A DNA stretch of 64,000 nt from Atractiella rhizophila. Taxonomy: Eukaryota. Made by a program: the position numbers and the translations under genes. The stretch spans positions 1 through 64,000 of the forward strand of contig MU271318.1 in the NCBI GenBank assembly GCA_021432655.1, given 5' to 3'. Below, piece by piece: positions 59,400 to 64,000 of the stretch (positions are counted from its first letter, which is position 1; every line of letters begins with the position of its first letter). The notes under the pieces are model-generated. The model was not told where the DNA came from. It was given only the letters and a program-made list of their open reading frames with translations, and searched no databases.

Positions 59400-61100
59400 C
59401 ACTTGAAGCTTGAACCGGCAGTAGGAAGCGTTAGGTGTGCCATGTTTCGAATCGCCTCCGGGTGTGCGGTTCATCCAGCGTCTGATTTCAACCACTTTCA
59501 TCAATCTGCACTTGTCCTAGAAAAGGAAGGCGTACAAACTATATGTTTCGTCTTTGATGCTCCTACTGTATCGGATATGCGAATATCCTGGAGAAGCCAG
59601 CACTGCTGACAAGAAGGTGAGAGTTGTCCCCCTTTGGAAAACGCGCCAGATATTCGACAATGTCAGCTCCTGCATCCCTGCTCCATCGCATAGCATGAGA
59701 TCAGCGTTGTGAAGGTGAAAGAATGTAAAGTATGGAAGATTGACAACAAGTAGATTAGTGTTCCCTTCCCGGTTCCATCTCCTCATCCCTCATTCGTCGA
59801 CCAGAGTGCCACTCAATCGTTGTCTCTTCACAACACGCTCGCTAGTACTGTGCATCCCGATAAAAGCAGCAGCAATGCTGCACCCATTCTCTCCCAGGCC
59901 ACCTCCGTTCTCGACTCTCTTTCCTCGGCGATACCGTTCTTCAATCCATCCTCGTCCTTATCCTCTCATCCTCCCATTTCCTCGACATCACCTCTCCATC
60001 TCAACACCTGCTCCCGCTCTCCATGACATTCCGCTCCTCCTCCTCAATTCCAGAATCCCGCTCGCCCCCTCTCCTAACAAAGACATTAGAGAATTAGGAA
60101 GCCCTTTCTCACACACGGTTCCAGCGAGCCGGCTGGGGGAAGTCGGAGAGATGAATGTCGAAAATGACAGGTAGGTTGCTCGACGCGTCCCTCGCCAAGT
60201 TGTCAAAGTGAAGGAGGAGATAGGGAGGGGCAGGATTTCGGTGTACAGGACAGCTGAGGAGAGAGGCGTCCATGATAATGTCCTACAGAACTGGGGATCG
60301 GCTACGCGATGCCCTGCAGGCGAAAGAGCAGACAGACAGTAAGTGGTGCGATGTTGTCCGCTCCTCTCCACCACTCGCACCCCTACGGTTCTCACCCCCT
60401 CCTCCCCAGTAGGGCTCCTTCAAACAAAACCTGCCTGCCTTCCTCCTCCGCTTTCTTCCTCACCAAGCCCACCTCGACTGATCCATCTCGCTGTCCCTCC
60501 ACCTCCCTCTGCCACCTTCGAAACCGTCTCGTTGGCAAGACTGCTCTATCGACTCTATCGTGAGTGACCAAAGGGAAGGAGGACGGAGAGGGGAAGGGGA
60601 GAGATGCTGCAGCATTCGTTCCACGGTGCCCGTAGATCCGCTTCGTGTGGGAGCATTTGCAGCACATCGGGTGTAGCATGTCACGAGCGAAAGTGAAGGC
60701 CAAGGTGACGGTATAGAAGGTGTTGGAGTGGAGGTAGGATTTAAGTCTGGAGAGACTCGGAGGCAGTGCTTGTTGAGCAGTCAAGAGCGGATCAAGTTGG
60801 CGTGGGTGAGAATGGTTTGGGATCGCGAGGTGGGAGGGATGAAGAGGAGCCGTGAGCCGTGGGTAGTGGTAGCGGAGGAAGGGAATGTCTGCAGTGGAAC
60901 AAGTTTGCAGTTCAGATGGTCGAGGAGGCGCGCGGTGGGGGCGAATGGTGGACCTAGCTGGAGAACGTTGGAACCGAGGGAAGATCTTGGCGCTATGGTG
61001 CTGAGGAATGAGTAACTCATCGACTTTTGAATGCTTGAATGACGTCGTCGATCCCGCATTAAGCTTGGCGACAAGCCTCCTCCTTTGGAATGTGTCATGA
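59400..61100 (-). pseudogene. Degenerate gene of unknown family; uninterrupted paralog of the split gene (54182 onward / 27753 onward)
   Basis: Collinear similarity to both halves, with frameshifts and stops. Confidence 0.6.
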
Positions 61101-61169
61101 ATAAATGACAGCCAGTGTTCGCTCATCCACTGATGTTGCAGATTCTGCCGGTGACTCTGACATCAGCTC

Positions 61170-61720
61170 AGGTCAGGAAATGAGGAGACATACACTGCTG
61201 CCACCCATGTCCGACTCTGCGGCTTCTTCGAGATTGTACGAGCGCCTGTGTTCAAACTTCGCATCCGCAAACAGCCACCATACTGACCAAAAATCTAGAA
61301 GTTCAAGCAAGTGTTCAACCTCAGCTTTGGTTGCAGAAGATATGTTGTTGACAGGCAGCTTCCACTTCTCGCGAACGGCAGCTTTTGCTGCTGTCTGGAT
61401 CTCTCCGCGGTAGCTTGAGAACAAGGTAACGAACTGCATGGACGGAGTAACTTCAGCGGTGCTGATGAATTGGAAGCAAATCTTACCATTGCTAGTGCCG
61501 CTTTCGAGAGTGGCTTCAAGCTATGCTTCTGAAACTCCGCCTTGATAAGTTCTTCTCCCTTCTGTCTCGTGATGAAGGGGTCATCTGATGTGAGAATGTA
61601 TTGTCGAATAAAGAGCCGAGTCGCCAGATCTCCCACTTTGTCATGTTCTTCAGTGAAATCTATTAGAGTGCAATGGTCAGGCGCAAAGTATACACAAACG
61701 GCATAAAAGATGTACAACAC
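61170..61720 (-). CDS. Fragment of a multi-exon hypothetical protein, possibly DUF6532-like
   Basis: SSYRGEIQTAAKAAVREKWKL...VEHLL...F resembles a TE-associated basidiomycete family. Recognition is weak. Confidence 0.3.
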
Positions 61721-63339
61721 ATACCATGACTAACAAATCGATTGCGTGAACCGGTCCCCTTTGATCCAACAACGGGCTTGATGTCTGGCTTTACATCAGA
61801 ATCAATCTGATTTGCTTCTTCATTTGCAGAAAATGGGTAGTGAGATGGTGCAGGCTATAGCATTTTATGAAATCAGATCAGTAAAAATGTGCAAACTATG
61901 AGCAACTTACTGTGGAGTCGAGGAGGCGTTGGACTTGTACATCAAATTCATGTGGAGAAACAGCACGAGCTATCTGGCACTGTGTGTATTGGCTCATCAT
62001 CCAAAAGCAGAGAAAGGAAAGAACTTACTGCTTGCAGTGTCCCAGTCAGAGCTCCACCTCTTGTTCCAGTTCCTTGCTCCAAGTCCAGCACCTTTTGCAA
62101 CACCACAGGCTGCACGAGAGTGGTGGCCAGCTGGTGTGATGCAGCCAAAGGAGTTGCCTGCCTTGAGCCAGACATTGACAATGGCCGTTCGAGTGTGTGT
62201 GCGGTATCGGAATACTCGAACGCCGTTACCTTCTTGGAATTATGTGAGAATTATGGTCTTTACGATACACTACACAGTAATGGCAGCTTCCATCCATCAA
62301 CGTGCCTTCCACAATGAAGGCCATCAATTGATTGATCGAGCTTAATAATTTAGTTATGTACTTTTTATCCACGTGTCAAACCCTGATAAGTTCTTTGTTT
62401 ACCCGATCTGATAAATTACAAATTGTATCTGTTTCTGGGTCTGTCTCTTCTTGCCGTTTCTGCAAGTCAACGTCCTCGCTGGTCCTGGGCTAGGATTAGC
62501 CCAGAAAGAGTGCCCAAGAAATCCCGGAAGATTCTTGGTGACAGGGATGTGACGAACGTGAAGCGCTTGATGGATGATCAGAACTCCCTGGTCTTTAGCC
62601 TGTACAAACATAGAAGACTTCCAAGGTTCAAAGTACCATCGCACTCACAAGTCTCTTCAATGTGGTCCAGAAAACTGAAGAGGGCTGAGTGGATACGAAT
62701 CGTATTTTAATGAAGGCAACGCATGATTACCTCCTTTGACCTTAGCTTTCCAAATCAAGGTACCCTAGTATCCCCAAAATTTCCACAGAAACTTACCCAG
62801 TTCTCCAATGATGTCGAGATATTATAAAATAGTCAACTACATATACCTAGCACCTGAAGACTGAAACTGGCCAGAACGTTTAGACGCTGCTGCTTCGTCA
62901 CAGGAGGGATCTCAGGCTTGGCTTTCCCTTGCTTCTTAACCCAGTGTCTCAGAGTGGAGAGCGGAGAGGCAGCTGATAACGACGAGCCGGTTGATAATTT
63001 CAAGCAGGGATAAGTAGGAGGCATCCTGTTCAGTAACGACCCTACAGGGACAACGGTGAAACATGCTGAGTGGTGAACTTAATTTTCGACCCTTGGTGTT
63101 TCGACGAGTATGGAGTGTTTTCGCTTGATTCTTTAGTATTATGTGGAGCTAAGTGAATACGTTCTATATCCCAAAAAAAAGCTGGACTACTACTAATTTG
63201 ATTGAGTTTCACATATTGAATATGCCGAACTTGTCCTAATTCAAAATTTCGTGGCAGAGCATCTAGCAGGTAGCGACAAGCCAGACCTACGATATACAAC
63301 CTGTAATCAGACCTTTTAAAGCTTAGAATGTGAATAAAG

Positions 63340-63613
63340 TGATGTATACTGGTGTCGGCTTTTGCCGAAACTGCATGTCTTCGTCCTTTGTTTGATAGCC
63401 CTGCAGTCGGTTCACGAGGCTTTGGCGAGGAACACGAAATGTTCTTGCTATGGCAGTAACAGTGATGGGAAACTCCGTTCTCTTGTTCTTGGCCTGTCTC
63501 TTGATGTAGGCAGCGGTGTCTTGAATGAGCTGTCGAGCGTAGGTTTCGGATTTGTTGAGAGCTTCAGTCTTCACTTTTCGAGATTTGGGAGGTTGTTGTT
63601 TTGGTCTGGTCAT
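63340..63613 (-). mobile_element. Pogo/Fot1-like transposase N-terminal HTH (psq-type) fragment
   Basis: ITVTAIARTFRVPRQSLVNRLQG...RQKPTP. No DDD/E domain recognised downstream. Confidence 0.55.
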
Positions 63614-64000
63614 AACCTAAGAGCTCGTTTATGATGCTGAGGGTCTCCTGAGGGCTGAAGGAATGTTGGATGAGCTGTTGTGGTGGAGGAGGGAGCAGTG
63701 ACGCTATGTGCATGAGCGTGTCACAGTCAGGGGAATCAAGGTTCACCATTGACCCTGCATCCCAGGAACAGGGGACCACTACTTTCGATGTTGATTGCTC
63801 TCATAATCGTTACCCGATAAGCTACTCCACTTGACGATAACATCTAAACAATCGAGCTGAACATATGTTGTCACGGTTCCTTAAATTTCTCAAACCTATG
63901 AATGGCATCACACTTTTTGTTGCAAAAAAACCCAAAGTTGTCACCGTTGTCCCTGGGGGGTCGTTAGACAGGAGAATTGGAGGATTTCAGACAGAGAGTC

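Noticed and set aside
60781..60900. ILTHANL resembling an AMP-binding (acyl-CoA ligase) motif
   Set aside because: There is no SSGTTGxPKG loop, and the motif is not retained in the paralog at 27.9 kb.

Overview
This is a transposon-dense, intron-containing fungal region, most likely basidiomycete (short GT-AG introns, KDZ and Plavaka transposases, a FunK1 kinase). It has one 25-N assembly gap. Host-type genes are a class I terpene cyclase, a fungal-type protein kinase, a WDR6/Trm734-like WD40 protein, a patatin-NB-ARC-TPR NLR plus a deleted paralog, two related F-box/LRR-like genes and a ketopantoate reductase fragment. Mobile elements are a Plavaka remnant, a 7.7-kb two-gene KDZ (CxC1) element bounded by imperfect hairpin-forming TIRs, a Helitron Rep remnant, a full-length and a truncated copy of one Ty1/Copia family in inverted orientation, a small collapsed LTR element, and hAT/pogo fragments. 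Five results stand out. (1) A swapped target-site duplication and a split host sequence indicate that the ~20.5 kb between the two Copia copies is inverted. (2) Copia gag and pol are in frame and separated by one UAG followed by a GC stem, a candidate for programmed readthrough. (3) Both NLR patatin domains lack the catalytic DGG motif, and the TPR repeats vary at fixed positions. (4) A TpA-rich, RIP-like island lies at 24-26 kb. (5) Many frameshifts are single missing bases in short homopolymers, so several apparent pseudogenes may be intact. All family calls come from motif recognition by eye; no searches were run.
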